This document shows, piece after piece, positions 28,016 to 43,300 of a stretch of 64,000 nt of DNA. Each line of letters opens with the position of its first letter. The first letter of the stretch is position 1. Position numbers and translations under genes: made by a program. The DNA lies in NCBI RefSeq assembly GCF_006345805.1, contig NC_042997.1:125302001-125366000 (forward strand). Direction: 5' to 3'. Under the pieces are notes generated by a model. The model was not told where the DNA came from and did not search any database. It saw only the letters and a list, made by a program, of their open reading frames with translations. This DNA is from Octopus sinensis. Its lineage: Eukaryota.

Positions 28016-28398
28016 TGTGTTTTTATTAGCCACACAGGCTGAACACAGAGGAGACAAATTACAAAGTAGAGCTTTTCTATTTGGGGAGAAAAAAAGAAAA
28101 GAAAACAAAAATAAAAATAAAAAATAAAAAGGGGGTAGGTTTACGATCAAAAGGGATCGTGAAAAGAGAGAAAAAAGCGATGAATAGGGATCGTGTGTCA
28201 CAGAAATGTCATGATGTAAAGTGTAAAGGGGGAAACAGATAAAGTTTATTCGTGGAAATAAAAGCCTACGGAAAAGACCACTGTAACCTCGGTCAATAAT
28301 GTCACATGTAAGCACATTTATTTGCAAGTAAGTAACTCTCAGTTTTAAATCTTTCCGGGTTCATAGGATTATGCTCAAGGTGGCTTCGTCATTCATAC
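28016..28398 (-). mobile_element. Tx1-like LINE copy 3 (last 9 codons plus 3' UTR, diverged subfamily), flanked by (GATA)n
   Basis: [11 protein letters not shown] is the same C-terminus as copy 2; the UTR is homologous but diverged and ends in ggctaataaaaacaca-(TATC)n. Confidence 0.9.
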
Positions 28399-28502
<104 letters not shown>

Positions 28503-28511
28503 GGACAGATG

Positions 28512-28604
<93 letters not shown>

Positions 28605-29414
28605 ACTGAAACAATATATAATAAAAAACAACCGAGATGCTGAATATATTCAATGTTTGGAAAATACGATGGTGGAGGTGTGGGGAACGTCAAATACGAA
28701 TTTATGAATTTTATTGTTTCAAACTCGCTGTAAAAACTAATGGGAAAATATGAAAAATCTTAAATGAAATAAATAAACTTGAATGCAGTAATATATTTAA
28801 TGAATCATGTGTGTGTGTGGAGGGCTGGGGTGTTTGTGTTCGTATTTATATCACATAAAGTATTCAACTCGATTTTCTGTTTAGTTCTTTGCAACCAGAA
28901 TCATCCATCAATGGGTGTTTAATTCTATTACTTTCTGATGAAAGCATTGAGCATTTGAGAAGCCGAAGCAATTTCCTAGCAGCATTCATTAGACTTTAGT
29001 AAAGTTAACTAGCCGCAATATATGTGCATGTGAATGTAAATATGTTTGCTAGTGAGGACTATCTGTCTGTGCGTATCTGTGCGTACATTGTTGGGAAGAT
29101 ATCCATTTCGTTTGAATATGTAATGAACTGAGTCGAACTTTTTCACAGACTGAATGATCTTAATGTAGTTAGAAGTTGCGTGCCAAAGAAAACAAACCAC
29201 CCAAATTAAATTTAGAAGATAGACACTTAATAAATACAACATTTTCACACAGCTTTTGGTGAACAAAAACTAGTAAACCAGTTGCCAACTCTAGATCTAA
29301 TCAAACTTCACACATAAGAGGTGTTTGCTGAAATTTTTGACAGCAGTGAGGGTTTTGTGTTCTAGTACTTTTTCATTATTATTTCTATTTATTTTTATTA
29401 GTTTTTACATCAGC

Positions 29415-31190
<1,776 letters not shown>

Positions 31191-32274
31191 TCAATGATTT
31201 AATCTGAGAAGGAGTGACATGCCCATGTCCTCTCTCAGTTCACCTAAACCGGAAGATATAGACGGCCATATATGGTTGAATAGCTTAATAAATCGGTTGA
31301 ACTTTTGATGGTTCTTTTCAAGAGCAAAACATAAGAGAATGAATCCAGTTGGCATATGTCTGATGTATAAGGATAATTTAAGTAATTAATCCATGCATAT
31401 TTGTGGGTGGAGGAATTGACATGAAGTAGAAGGATATAAAGAAGTGGATAGGAGGAGTAGTTTCAGTGAGAATTTTGTATATACTCAATACTATCAGAGA
31501 AGCAGAAGAAAAGGAACAGATTTCAGTGATAAGGTACAGATTTTAGTGGCATTCTTGGGGAAAATTTCTCTGTCAGCGGGATAACCTTTAGACTGCGATA
31601 AAATGAGGTTATATATATATACATATATACTTTTCTCGCTGGATTGCGTGTTCATTTCCCTTTTTTGCCATGTGATTTTATTTTTGATCTTTTATATAAA
31701 TGAAGATATTTCCTCCGTCTGGCTGCTTTTCTCTACAAAACGGAAAGTTACATTGCGAATCAGTCATTTAAACGAGTTGTATTTATTTATTACCCGACGA
31801 GATACATCTGCACCACCGGATGCTCCTGAACCAGTTATTGAGTGTCCCACTCATGATGAATCGATGCTAGATGTGACGAAACAATTGTCGTGATTAATAA
31901 TAAATTCTCGTATATTCCATCTTCCTTCTTTCATTTGCTTCCCGGACCGTCATTGGTGACTGCTGGTCTTCCATAAACAACTTTGCCTCGAATTTGCGCT
32001 TCGCAGGTTAACAAAAAAATTAGTGAGATATTATCAATCTCAGCAAAATAGTCTATGAGCTTTATACGCTCTCTGTTAGTACACCATACTAACAATATTG
32101 TTTAGGTTAGTAAAGAACTCCGCGTATTCTTCCGCCACGGTCCGAGGCTATAGCTCATCACCATTCTGCGTTGTAAATCCATGGTCGCTTTCCAGTTATA
32201 TTGTTTATTATTTTACATACAGTAAAGAAGAGAAAAAGGGAAAGACCCACTTCGGTCATAAATGTCCGTGGGAT

Positions 32275-32305
<31 letters not shown>

Positions 32306-32358
32306 ATTGGTGAATTGAAGAAATGGAGCTGAACGCAGATTGAACAGAAATCGTTTTA

Positions 32359-32447
32359 TTTCATTCTACACGTGTTTCGAAAGGCACAAATTACCAAAAT
32401 CCGATTGAATAATGGGACCATATTGTGTCTTTCTCTTCAGGAAGAAA
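32359..32447 (-). ncRNA. Hammerhead ribozyme in the left PLE arm
   Basis: Mirror image of 35923-36011; predicted cleavage after A at 32367. Confidence 0.85.
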
Positions 32448-33626
32448 AAAGGAAATCCGTTGGAAAAACAAAAACAGAACAGAGGCGGAGCAAAAACAAA
32501 AACAAATCGAACTATGCTCCTAAGAGCCCATGGCGAAACTGTTTATCAGTGTATGTTGAGAACCGGTGGCTGAAGAATTCAACGGGTCAGGCATCGGTCA
32601 ATCATGTGGGTGAGGGTGTATAGATGTTCTTTGTGACCGAGAATAAAGTTCTGACTATTTAAGGAATATTGGATGTTTATAAGGGGCGAGAAAAAATCTA
32701 CTTAGAGACGTGTGTGTGTGTATACTGTTCTATATGTGTGTGTTGGCGTAGGGGTAGAAAACATTTTTTGTGTACGTGTGTGCGTTTGATCGTTCGGCTG
32801 TCAGTGGCTACTGCCGTGATAACCGTTGGGTGGCAGAAAGAAAAAAATCTATATATATTATGTTTTATGTGTGTGTGTGTTCATCTAAGCCTGCCTTGTC
32901 AAGGAAACCCCCCGCTGTGAAAAAACAAGCCCCGTTTGTCTTACAGGAGTAATTCCCCTTGCAGTGGTTAATCGTAGATATCTTAAAGGCTATTTCAGAA
33001 TTTGTTACCAGGGCTATGGGTGCCGGTATTATTTATAAACGCTATTTAAAAGCCAGATAAGTGTAACGCCGCCAATGGGGGCATCGAAAAGCCGACTGTA
33101 AGAGCCCGTTTACCATCCGGCCTCTGGCAAACAAAATATGGAAGAGTTCGGAGACACAAAGGTTGCACTGTCTTCTGCCCCTATCAAATGGAGGGCCACC
33201 GACAAAATTGACCATCCAGCCTATAGCTGAGTTCGTATCTTTCAGTCGCCATATTAGCTTACTGAGTCCCGTGGTCTGGCGCTTGTTCACGTCCCGAAAA
33301 GTTGCGTAATGGTTGGAGACACGCAAAGACAATCTTGAGGATGATGCCCCTACATAAGTGAAGACATCTGAGTCCGTGTAAACCTTGCATTGGTAGACGG
33401 CGTTTTTGATCTTGGAGTTCGCCGACGTGAATCTTAATCTGCTAGGATTGGTTTCTGAAATTAGAACTGCGTTCCTGTCACTATATTCGTTCCGAGACCT
33501 GCAGCCGCTTACTACTCTATTTTCCACTACGTCACTATTAACTATAGGAATAACCCCTGATTCTCCACTATCTATCAGAGTGCTGTCATTGCTACTGCCC
33601 GTGGTGCTGCTATTGCGGGAAATGAT

Positions 33627-35323
33627 TCCGATTTGGTCGGAATATATATTCTCTACGAATTGTCCGACCAATTCCCGGAGATCGCGGGCGGCCTGTATCG
33701 TGACGATTGTCTGTTTTACCTGCAAAACACCACGAACAGAATAGTGCAGAAAACTAAGAGCAGGTTAGCTAGGTTTTTTAATAGAATGGGCATGAGTATA
33801 GTTTTTGATAATTAACTCACCAAGGCTAATTTCCTAGACGTTACACTTAACCTTAATAGCGACTCATACTGCCCTTACCATAAGCCTTCCACTAATTTGA
33901 AGTATGTCAGTGTCTTCTCAAATCATGCCAAAACCGTAACAGACAATTTGGTTAAAAACATCTCTCTAAGATTGTCTGGCTTGTCCGCCAGTGCCGATAT
34001 TTTTATGCAGAAAGCGGAATTTTATAACGCCGCACTATCCAAGGCCGGTTATAGGCAGAAGTAATTTATATTGATCCGGCCCTTCCGATGCCATCATTCG
34101 GTCATCAGGATAGGGCCGTATATAATAACATTAACATTTTAAGTAAGGACGGGAGCGCGGCGGACGCCGGGGTAGTCGCTCCCGCATTTAATTTAGCGAA
34201 CAAGGATAATTATCGGTCCGGGAGGTCTTACACTAACCCAACCACCTTATTCATCCGAGAATCACCCACCCGAATGCGAGAGCTGGCGTCCCGACCCATC
34301 ACACTGATAGGAATAAGCATATATGGTTTGTAATCCCCTTTGGTAAGCAGATTAGAACTAACCTCCCCCTCATGTTTAGACAAGCCATCGCCAATAACTT
34401 CCCCAGAAATTCCAAATATTACTCCACGGTTAACTCACATAAAGTTAGGATAGCTTTCTCCAACACTAAAAACCTCGCCCAGATAATCGCCTCCCATAAT
34501 AATAGGCTACTTACTAAGACCCTATCACCTTTTTCCGGAGGCACAGCCTCTTCCGCTCCCGGTTTAATGCTCAGTAGGAATAATTATAGTAGTAATAATG
34601 ATATGAGAGCCAGTACAGTGACACATAATCTCAGCTCCAGCCAGGGAGTACCCACTAGGGGATAGTTATAAATAGGGGTGTTGTGGTTGACGGTAACAAT
34701 GGGAGTAGGGTAGAGAGCCCCAATAGCATCCCCAGCATCATTTCCCGCAATAGCAGCACCACGGGCAGTAGCAATGACAGCACTCTGATAGATAGTGGAG
34801 AATCAGGGGTTATTCCTATAGTTAATAGTGACGTAGTGGAAAATAGAGTAGTAAGCGGCTGCAGGTCTCGGAACGATATAGTGACAGGAACGCAGTTCTA
34901 ATTTCAGAAACCAATCCTAGCAGATTAAGATTCACGTCGGCGAACTCCAAGATCAAAAACGCCGTCTACCAATGCAAGGTTTACACGGACTCAGATGTCT
35001 TCACTTATGTAGGGGCATCATCCTCAAGATTGTCTTTGCGTGTCTCCAACCATTACGCAACTTTTCGGGACGTGAACAAGCGCCAGACCACGGGACTCAG
35101 TAAGCTAATATGGCGACTGAAAGATACGAACTCAAGCTATAGGCTGGAATGGTCAATTTTGTCGGTGGCCCTCCCATTTGATAGGGGCAGAAGACAGTGC
35201 AACCTTTGTGTCTCCGAACTCTTCCATATTTTGTTTGCCAGAGGCCGGATGGTAAACGGGCTCTTACAGTCGGCTTTTCGATGCCCCCATTGGCGGCGTT
35301 ACACTTATCTGGCTTTTAAATAG
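33627..35323 (+). pseudogene. PLE reverse transcriptase C-terminus/thumb plus GIY-YIG endonuclease (one stop, several frameshifts)
   Basis: LVGIYIL..GGLYRDD..NFLDVTLNL..YCPYHKP..SNH..RLSGLS..AALSKAGY; HIWFVIPF..NFPRNSK..HNNRLL; NAVYQCKV..TYVGASS..LSKLIWRLKD..CNLCVSE..CPHW. Confidence 0.92.
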
Positions 35324-35922
35324 CGTTTATAAATAATACCGGCACCCATAGCCCTTGGTAACAAATTCTGAAATAGCCTTTAAGATATCTACGATTAACC
35401 ACTGCAAGGGGAATTACTCCTGTAAGACAAACGGGGCTTGGTTTTTTCACAGCGGGGGGTTTCCTTGACAAGGCAGGCTTAGATGAACACACACACACAT
35501 AAAACATAATATATATAGATTTTTTTCTTTCTGCCACCCAACGGTTATCACGGCAGTAGCCACTGACAGCCGAACGATCAAACGCACACACGTACACAAA
35601 AAATGTTTTCTACCCCTACGCCAACACACACATATATAGAACAGTATACACACACACACGTCTCTAAGTAGATTTTTTCTCGCCCCTTATAAAACATCCA
35701 ATATTCCTTAAATAGTCAGAACTTTATTCTCGGTCACAAAGAACATCTATACACCCTCACCCACATGATTGACCGATGCCTGACCCGTTGAATTCTTCAG
35801 CCACCGGTTCTCAACATACACTGATAAACAGTTTCGCCATGGGCTCTTAGGAGCATAGTTCGATTTGTTTTTGTTTTTGCTCCGCCTCTGTTCTGTTTTT
35901 GTTTTTCCAACGGATTTCCTTT

Positions 35923-36011
35923 TTTCTTCCTGAAGAGAAAGACACAATATGGTCCCATTATTCAATCGGATTTTGGTAATTTGTGCCTTTCGAAACACGT
36001 GTAGAATGAAA
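35923..36011 (+). ncRNA. Type I hammerhead ribozyme in the PLE pLTR
   Basis: CUGAAGA (35930-36), an 11-bp stem II with one mismatch (35937-47/35981-91), GAAA, palindromic stem III ACACGUGU, GUA^ (36003), and a 7-bp stem I with one bulge. All core nucleotides are canonical. Confidence 0.88.
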
Positions 36012-36219
36012 TAAAACGATTTCTGTTCAATCTGCGTTCAGCTCCATTTCTTCAATTCACCAATAATGTTTTAATTTCAATTATCCGCACTAACGCACGG
36101 TTGCAACGCCAGATGGTTGTACCTCCAACCGTGCTGTTTACTGCTGTGATTTTTGCTACTAAGGTATCGGTTAAACTTTTGATTAATCTACTACAAGATT
36201 ATTCATCTTTCTATTTCAC

Positions 36220-36276
<57 letters not shown>

Positions 36277-36279
<3 letters not shown>

Positions 36280-36533
36280 CCAGTGGTTAGGCAGCGGACT
36301 CGCGGTCGTAGGATCGCGGTTTCGATTCCCAGAGTGTTTATTGAGCGAAAACACCTAAAGCTCCACCATTCCGGCAGGAAGTGGTGGTGATCCCTCGTGT
36401 ACTCTTTCCCCACAACGTTCTTTCACTCTTTCTTCTGCTGGCCTGCCCGCTTAGCCAGTGGCGTCATTGAAAGCTAAAACAATGCGAAACACATTGTGAC
36501 CAGCGATGTGTAGCAACATCTGATAGCCCACAT
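36277..36533 (+). mobile_element. Family D SINE (tail type Y)
   Basis: Same head as 2897; tail is cattgtgaccagcgatgtgtagcaacatctgat. Confidence 0.85.
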
Positions 36534-37829
36534 CGAATAATTCCCATCTTTATTTGCCTCCAGTTTTTCTCTTTTGTATTATCTTCGATGTTAATATACA
36601 GAAAATTTCATAGAGTGGGGGCACCAATACATAGATTTGATTGTTTCCTAGAAACTTCTTTGTTTTGTGCATTTGCTTCAATAAACAGCGCCCTCGTGTT
36701 TTTCTCTGAGCATACGAACCCAGAAGTTGTTTGTAATAGCATAAGCGTTTCTCTCCAACAAAAGCAACCCAACGTTCTTGAGACGGTTTGTTGTATTGGT
36801 AATCCGAGATTGTGTCAAAAGCTGATGGTTCCTAAAGACCACTAATTATCTCAATATACTGCAGAAACGTACGTGTCCTCCTGGTATCGGCTTCGCAGGA
36901 TCGGTTAAAGTCATAAAGGAAATGAGAATTATAAGTGGCACCCAGAAGCATCGTTTTCATTCCTTCACCTTTCAAGACCACCTGTAGTAATGTTTTAACT
37001 TTCACAATGGTGTCCTTAGTTCATTCTTCATCAGACATATCGGATTTGGAGCAAGGAATTGGTATTCTGATATTCTCACTAGTAATGTATCGTATGACCC
37101 TTTGGAAGGGAAACTGATACACGAAACAAGGATGGAATACATCGGTCAGCTGTCCCCTCACATCAAGCAAGCTGTAGTTCACTGCAATAGACTACATTCT
37201 GGTCATCTGTGTTTTGTTCCGACTATATACTTATATCACCAAATCACCAAATTATCAACAGGCGATCCCGTATCTTTTCTCCCTCTTGTCATAGAAGAGC
37301 CTTTCTACTTCAACGTTTCAAATGCACAAACGGTTGTTATCTACTGTCATAGGTTAACCGACTGTTGTGCTCGCCTTTACACAATAGCGGGAAATTGCTA
37401 TAAACTTTATAGCAGACGCATGTAACCATAAATATCATTCACTTGGTTACGATGCAACCACTTATCTTGCTGCTCTTCATCTCTGAAAATCGATCTAATG
37501 GGTGTTTTGAGTGTGATAAAAAAGCAACCTGATGTCACCTGCCTGAATAATTAGGCGTGGTAGGACATAGCAAGTAAGGAAGGAGTAAATCATTAATTTC
37601 GAAAGAATACATAAATTCTACTACCTACACTTAATACTCTTTATTCCGTTTTTAAAATACGAACGCACACACTCGCAAACAAACACACACACAACACAAT
37701 CACCCATATACAAACACACGCATATAGACGCACACAAACACACTGATATATGTACATACATATATATATAAATACATATATACATATATCGGTCAGTAGT
37801 TGATATATCCTAAACATTAGAGTAGTAAT

Positions 37830-38292
37830 ATTTACAAGCTTGCTTCTTATGGCCAGTCAGAGAGTTACCATTGGTTTGGTACTTATAAAGTGCTTAGCTG
37901 TATAGGCGAATCACAGATTCAAATGGCCAAAGGCACACAACTTCCCTACAACTGGAAGGAGGAAGACGTCCTCGTCAGTTACTTTTGTATGCAAAACATT
38001 CCGGAACGAAACTTTACTGGCAAAGACTAGGACACAACGGAGATATATCCCTTAAACTGATATCAGTTATATCTATAACGAGCCTGCCGAATACGTCCGA
38101 GGCTAACAGCGTCTCCCTGGTCGGCAAATGGAAAATTCTATTGTTAGGGCCCAGAATATAAGAGATGCAGTCCTTAAACCCACTGTACACCAAAGCTTCG
38201 TTAGAATAGGGATCTGCGATGTCGGAAATTTCTTGACTGAAGGACAAATTGGAAATCTCTTTACTGATACACTTCACTAGGTTCTTGAACAC
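37830..38292 (-). pseudogene. Old PLE RT-thumb/linker relic
   Basis: MFKNLVKCISKEISNLSFSQEISDIADPYSNEALVYSGF parallels NLVKNISLRLSGLS..YNAALSKAGY of the young PLE. Confidence 0.6.
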
Positions 38293-38299
38293 GACAGGT

Positions 38300-39300
38300 G
38301 GCTAGCAGCATGTTATGTTAAGCACAACATCACGTCCCTGGCTAGCTACGTATAACGTTTAAAAGAGGAAGGTACGCCATAAATAATTAAATGGAGGCTA
38401 CTTGAACAACCCGGGTCATTCTTCAAAAAGAACAAATGGTGTAAGCTTTGCTTGACCGAAAGAGCAGGAATCCTGATAAACTCACTCCACCTGGAGTGGA
38501 CCTTTATAAACTCCAAAAAGATGTTTAGTCAGTGCCCTCAACAAAGGAAATTAATGTTAAAATATAGAATTGCCTATTTACTGACAAGGGAAATGCTGGC
38601 AGCCTCTGACATCTTCGGCAGACATGACTGAAAGTTGTCCACCTCACCCTGGGTTTTTCCAGTAGACTTTCGTTTCAGAATATTTTTGTTTACAAAATTA
38701 ACTGACCATGACGTTTTCCTACCACCAGTTGTAGACAGGTTATGAGCCTCCGTCCATTTGAATCTATCGAGTCGCCTATACAACTAAGCGGTGTTTAAGT
38801 GGAAAACTAATGGTCACTCTCTGACCCGCCGTAAAAACAACCTTCTAAATAAAAACACACACACACGCACATACACACACAAACATATATATATACACGT
38901 ATATATATGTGTGTCTGTGTGTGCGCTTGTATGTATGTATGTATGTATGTATGTATGTATGTATGTATGTATGTATGTATGTATGCTTGTGTTAGAATGT
39001 GCTGATAACATTTTTATATGCATGTTTTCAAATTAAATTTTACTACATCAATCTCTAGATTTCGCTCCTTTCTCTCTTCCTTACATTAGTATTGAACTAT
39101 GATCAATAATGCCTGTATTCAAGAGTAATGCTTTCCGTGAGCAGCTTCCTATCTTTCATTCTCCTTTCGCAAATTTAATAATTATTTGAATTAATTTAAT
39201 ATAATCTTTAACAGACCCTAAATTTCTAACATTACCCCACTGATGAGGCCCAGATATATCGAAATAGCAGCTATATGTGAATGTAAAACTCTATGATTAA
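38300..39300 (+). mobile_element. Old PLE 3' half: GIY-YIG C-terminus (38330-38575) and hammerhead at 39235-39280
   Basis: TSLASYV*RLKE..IKWRLLE..CKLCLTERAGIL..CPQQRKL. The HHR reads CUGAUGAG..CGAAA-UAG-CAG-CUA-UA with weakened stems I and II, about 660 nt after the EN stop versus about 610 nt in the young PLE. Confidence 0.65.
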
Positions 39301-40499
39301 AATATAGATGAAAAGAAAGAAAATTTCATCAAATACATGCATAAAGATATTTTGTTTCCTTTCACTAACGAGAAAAATATATTAGTAATATGGATTGCTG
39401 ACAAGGCAATTTTCTCCCTTGCCATAGAAAAACCAATTAACTAAGAGATTATATATGTGTTATCATGTGCCAGTGTGTGTCTCTGTGCATGCGTGTCTGT
39501 ACGTACGAATGTATGTAAGTAGGTAGGTAGGTAGGTAGGTAGGTATTTATGTGTGTTTTGTGTGCATTTGTGTGTGTTTTGTGTATATTCGTGTGTGTAT
39601 ATTAGACTTTTCATATTGCTACAAAATAAATATTCGACAAATTGTGAATACATTGTGCGTAAATTAATGTAGAAATAACAATATCAAATTTATTTTTCTA
39701 TATTTCAATCACACATGATAAACATGGAATAAAACAGAATTTGAGCAAGTTCAAAATTGAAAAAATCATAGTCACAAATTAAATATTCACCTGGTTATAC
39801 AACCTTCGTTTTTTATACCTTTTTCTTTTGCGAATCCATTCCTCAATCGTCATGCTGGGGAAAATTGCTTGCAGTAATGTTCCAATAACAAGTTTGACGG
39901 AAAACCCATGGCGGAACTATCGAACCATTTCGATTCCCAACAGGGTGATACTGATGCTGGCCCCGGAATTACTAAACGTATAATATAAATTGGATTTCAC
40001 ATCTACTAAATGGCCCACTGAACGAATCATAGCTGCTTTGTTCGATAAATTTGAGTTTTCAGAAACGGAATAATGCACGTGGTTCATCAAAGCAGAGTGT
40101 AGACTTCTTTCTCTCTAAAGATTGTGATAAGGATTTCTAGGTTTCTACAGGGCTGACAATCAGTCAGAGAGAATGCAATTAAATCGACTCAAACATAATA
40201 CTGCGGACATTTTCTTGGATGGGTTAAACGAAAAGTCGGCTACAATCGGGTTTAAACACAGAACGGCATGAATATCTATGAAATGTTCTTTTTTCCTGTA
40301 CTGCTGCCTCTAAAACATTTTTGGCCATTTGTTTGCTCAGTCAAGATGGATCTACGGCTAAACACCAACAACTACGTTGCTGCATTTATTTCACTATGAC
40401 TTTTGGCATTTTTTGAACGTCAAAGATTTCATTGATGTAACCGATTCCTTTCACTCAGTACTTGGCATGCATTTTATTATATTCTCTCTCTAAAGAAAG

Positions 40500-40880
40500 A
40501 TAGTAATCCGAAATGTTGGATTTCACACCTTGCAGCAATTTTTTTGTTTCTTTATCTATGGACTTTTATGGATTAACATTTTACCGACTCCCCAACTGAA
40601 TCTTTCCATTCCCTATGCAGCGTACGCCACTCACGACTTCACTGTTCCCGACTTTGAGCTGTCTTTTCTGCATAAGGCCTTCTTCATATCTTGTTGGTTT
40701 TTAAATTGACATTGATGTTTTACGCAAATCCATTTTTACTTCTGAGAAGAGATGGCCCATATTAGTCCAGCCTCTGTTCTTTCACCTGCCCAGCATCGCT
40801 GGCGCTACCAGAAGCCTCAGCCCTACTGACACAGCTCTTAAGGTAATTCAGGTACACGAACCATCTACCTTGCAGTGGTT
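40500..40880 (-). mobile_element. Possible decayed RTE-clade LINE 5' region
   Basis: The minus strand gagctgtgtcagtagggctgaggcttctggtag..gggcaggtgaaag..gaggctggactaa resembles RTE 5' UTRs, followed by QLKVGN (cf. LRVGTWNV). Recognition is from memory of the family only. Confidence 0.3.
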
Positions 40881-42369
40881 TTACTGACTTATACCACCAC
40901 CATTTTCCTTAGACTTTAGACCATCACATATACTGGAGATAGCAAAAGGAAAAAAATGCAATTATTATCTCGGCGTGACTCGAACTGAACTCATCGCAAA
41001 CGACCGATTTTCCACACAGGCAGAAGGCTGCACATTTGAGAGAGGGGGTCATGAAAAGTCAGTTAAGCCAATATAAGCCAATATCTGACCGAACTGGTAT
41101 ACTATTTCGTTTTTACTTTCTGTGTCAGAATCGGACGATGCGCATCAAAATACTTTTAAGAAGTTTCCACATTGCACACCTGGCCTGAAAGATTGAAAGA
41201 GTGGGCTTAGCTTTAGACACGCAAACAATGGCGATGGGTGGGAATGAACTGAATTGGAAAGGCGGATTAAACTATCACCAAAGATAATTCCTTATAATCG
41301 TATTGTTACAGCTTTTGATTTTGCACAAGTATTTACCCACAATGCTTCAAATATATATTTTCGCATAACAAGAACATTCTGATGCGTGTGTGAGTGAGCG
41401 CGTACGTGTGTGTGTGTATGTATGTATGTATGTATGTATGTATGTATGTATGTATGTATGTATGTATGTATGTATGTATGAAATTATGAATGAACTGAAA
41501 CTAGTTATAATGTTCAGTCCACAAACACAAGTTCCCAGTTTCAATCCCACCGCGTAGTGTATTAGGAAATTGTCATACCCTACAGTATCCGCTCAGCCAA
41601 GAGCTTGTGAGTGAGACTGAGTTGTCAGAAACTGCATAGAAGACCATCGGGCGGATTGTACTTGTAATTCAACGGTTCAACTTTGTCTCACACACACGCA
41701 CACAGACACACACACATACCCGCATACACACACACACACACATGCAAATACCTAACACTCACACATACAGATACAGACGCACTGTATCATCCTGATTCTT
41801 GTTCAGAGTTATGGTAAGGTACGCATCTTTGTAAACTCTCAGTCATTTTCATTAAGAGGCAGATTAATTCAGTTAGTCGAACCACAGAATCCTCGTCGTC
41901 GAAACCGACGGCGATCCATCCATCTACATATGTATGTGTGTGCACTAGCCTAGCTATGGTATGTGGTAGCGGCAGTCCGCGCCGGGGGACACTTTAAAAG
42001 GGCCAGCACTTTCCATCCGGTTGTAGGCTATTGCTGTAAGCTATATGTGTTTTATGGGGAGGGGGGTACAAAAGAAGGGCCACCCCGAGCGGCAGACACT
42101 CTAGCTACGCTAGTGTGTGTGTGTGTAGGAAAGTATCTTATAGTCTAAAGGTATACACGTGCTTTCAACTGGTATCGTTTCTTCTCTTGTTTCGTTTTCC
42201 TTGGCTTATTTCACTTCTTACTCTATTTTGATAAAGGGCTCATCCGAGTCGTCAGTCGACTTTGTTTTTCTTTTCCCTTTTTCAGCGTACAAAAGATACA
42301 CAAACACACGTACCTACACAGACAAACTGTCATACAAACACACGCGCACACACAAACACACACACACAC

Positions 42370-42412
<43 letters not shown>

Positions 42413-42662
42413 CCACACATATGGCTTGCTTTCAGAAAGTTTTCGTCTACTTAATTCTCACACAAGGCATACTTGTCGGACAAGGTCTATTGCAATAGAC
42501 ATTTGACCAAGATGCAGTGGAACAGAGAGAAAGCGAGAGGTGATAGCAGTATGTAGTAAATAAATATATCTGCATGCATATACAGTGAGAAAAAGAGAGA
42601 GGTGGGAGAGCGATAGACATACAGACAGACAGATAGACAGGTAGACAGATAAACAGACAGAC

Positions 42663-42751
<89 letters not shown>

Positions 42752-42759
42752 TAAAATAT

Positions 42760-43300
42760 AGAGGGTGCGTCAGATTTTTTTGCTCATTTGTATGAATTTA
42801 GAAAAAAATGTGTAGCTCATCAAAGGAAAGCTGCATTTGAAAACAAATCGGTACAAGCAATCTCGAGAATCTTTCCATCACAGTTGTTCGATGAATCCAT
42901 CGTTAACTTCAATATGGTGTCGGAGCCGTTGACAAGCCCGAATCAGATGATCTTCATGAATATCGGACATAGTCTTGGTTATGGTGGACTTGAGAGAACG
43001 TATGGTGTTATAGTAATGTTGACTGACCACTCTTTCGACTAAGTCCCATATGTAATAGTCCAGTGGATTGAGGTCTGGTGAACTAAGAGGTCTTGTGTTT
43101 GAGGGAACATGATCAGGGAGATTGGCACGCATCCACACTAAGACTGTCCTAACCTTATGTGACGGTGCATTGTATCGTTGGAGGACGTATAGCTTTCTGC
43201 TGCGTATTCTGTCTATCCAGAGCCTCAACTTTCTCCAACATTCCTGTGTAGACAGGAGCAATGACGCTTAAGTGTTGTGAAAATAAGTGAAAAGGCAAGA
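42760..43300 (-). mobile_element. Tc1/mariner (maT/DD37D-like) transposase 3' remnant with right terminus
   Basis: YNAPSH..SSPDLNPLDYYIW..ACQRLRHHIEVNDGFIE; terminus TA-gagggtgcgtca. Confidence 0.8.

Larger units (their letters stand above)
32297..36220 (+). mobile_element. Penelope-like element: inverted 3' arm (32297-33626, -), then 5'-truncated RT-EN-pLTR (33627-36073, +), then a 147-nt extension, all inside (TA)n
   Basis: 32297-33626 is the reverse complement of 34737-36073. RT and GIY-YIG motifs and two HHRs are present, and (TA)n flanks both ends. Confidence 0.95.

Noticed and set aside
28938-28975. CTGATGA...CCGAAG hammerhead-like motif
   Set aside because: GAAA is absent and I can build neither stem II nor stem I.
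31300-31560. Possible PLE RT-thumb relic on the minus strand
   Set aside because: Only scattered VPFL/HP-like residues across frames; too weak to call.
36600-37500. Possible N-terminal part of a PLE or other decayed ORF on the minus strand
   Set aside because: Multiple stops and no diagnostic motif that I can name with confidence.
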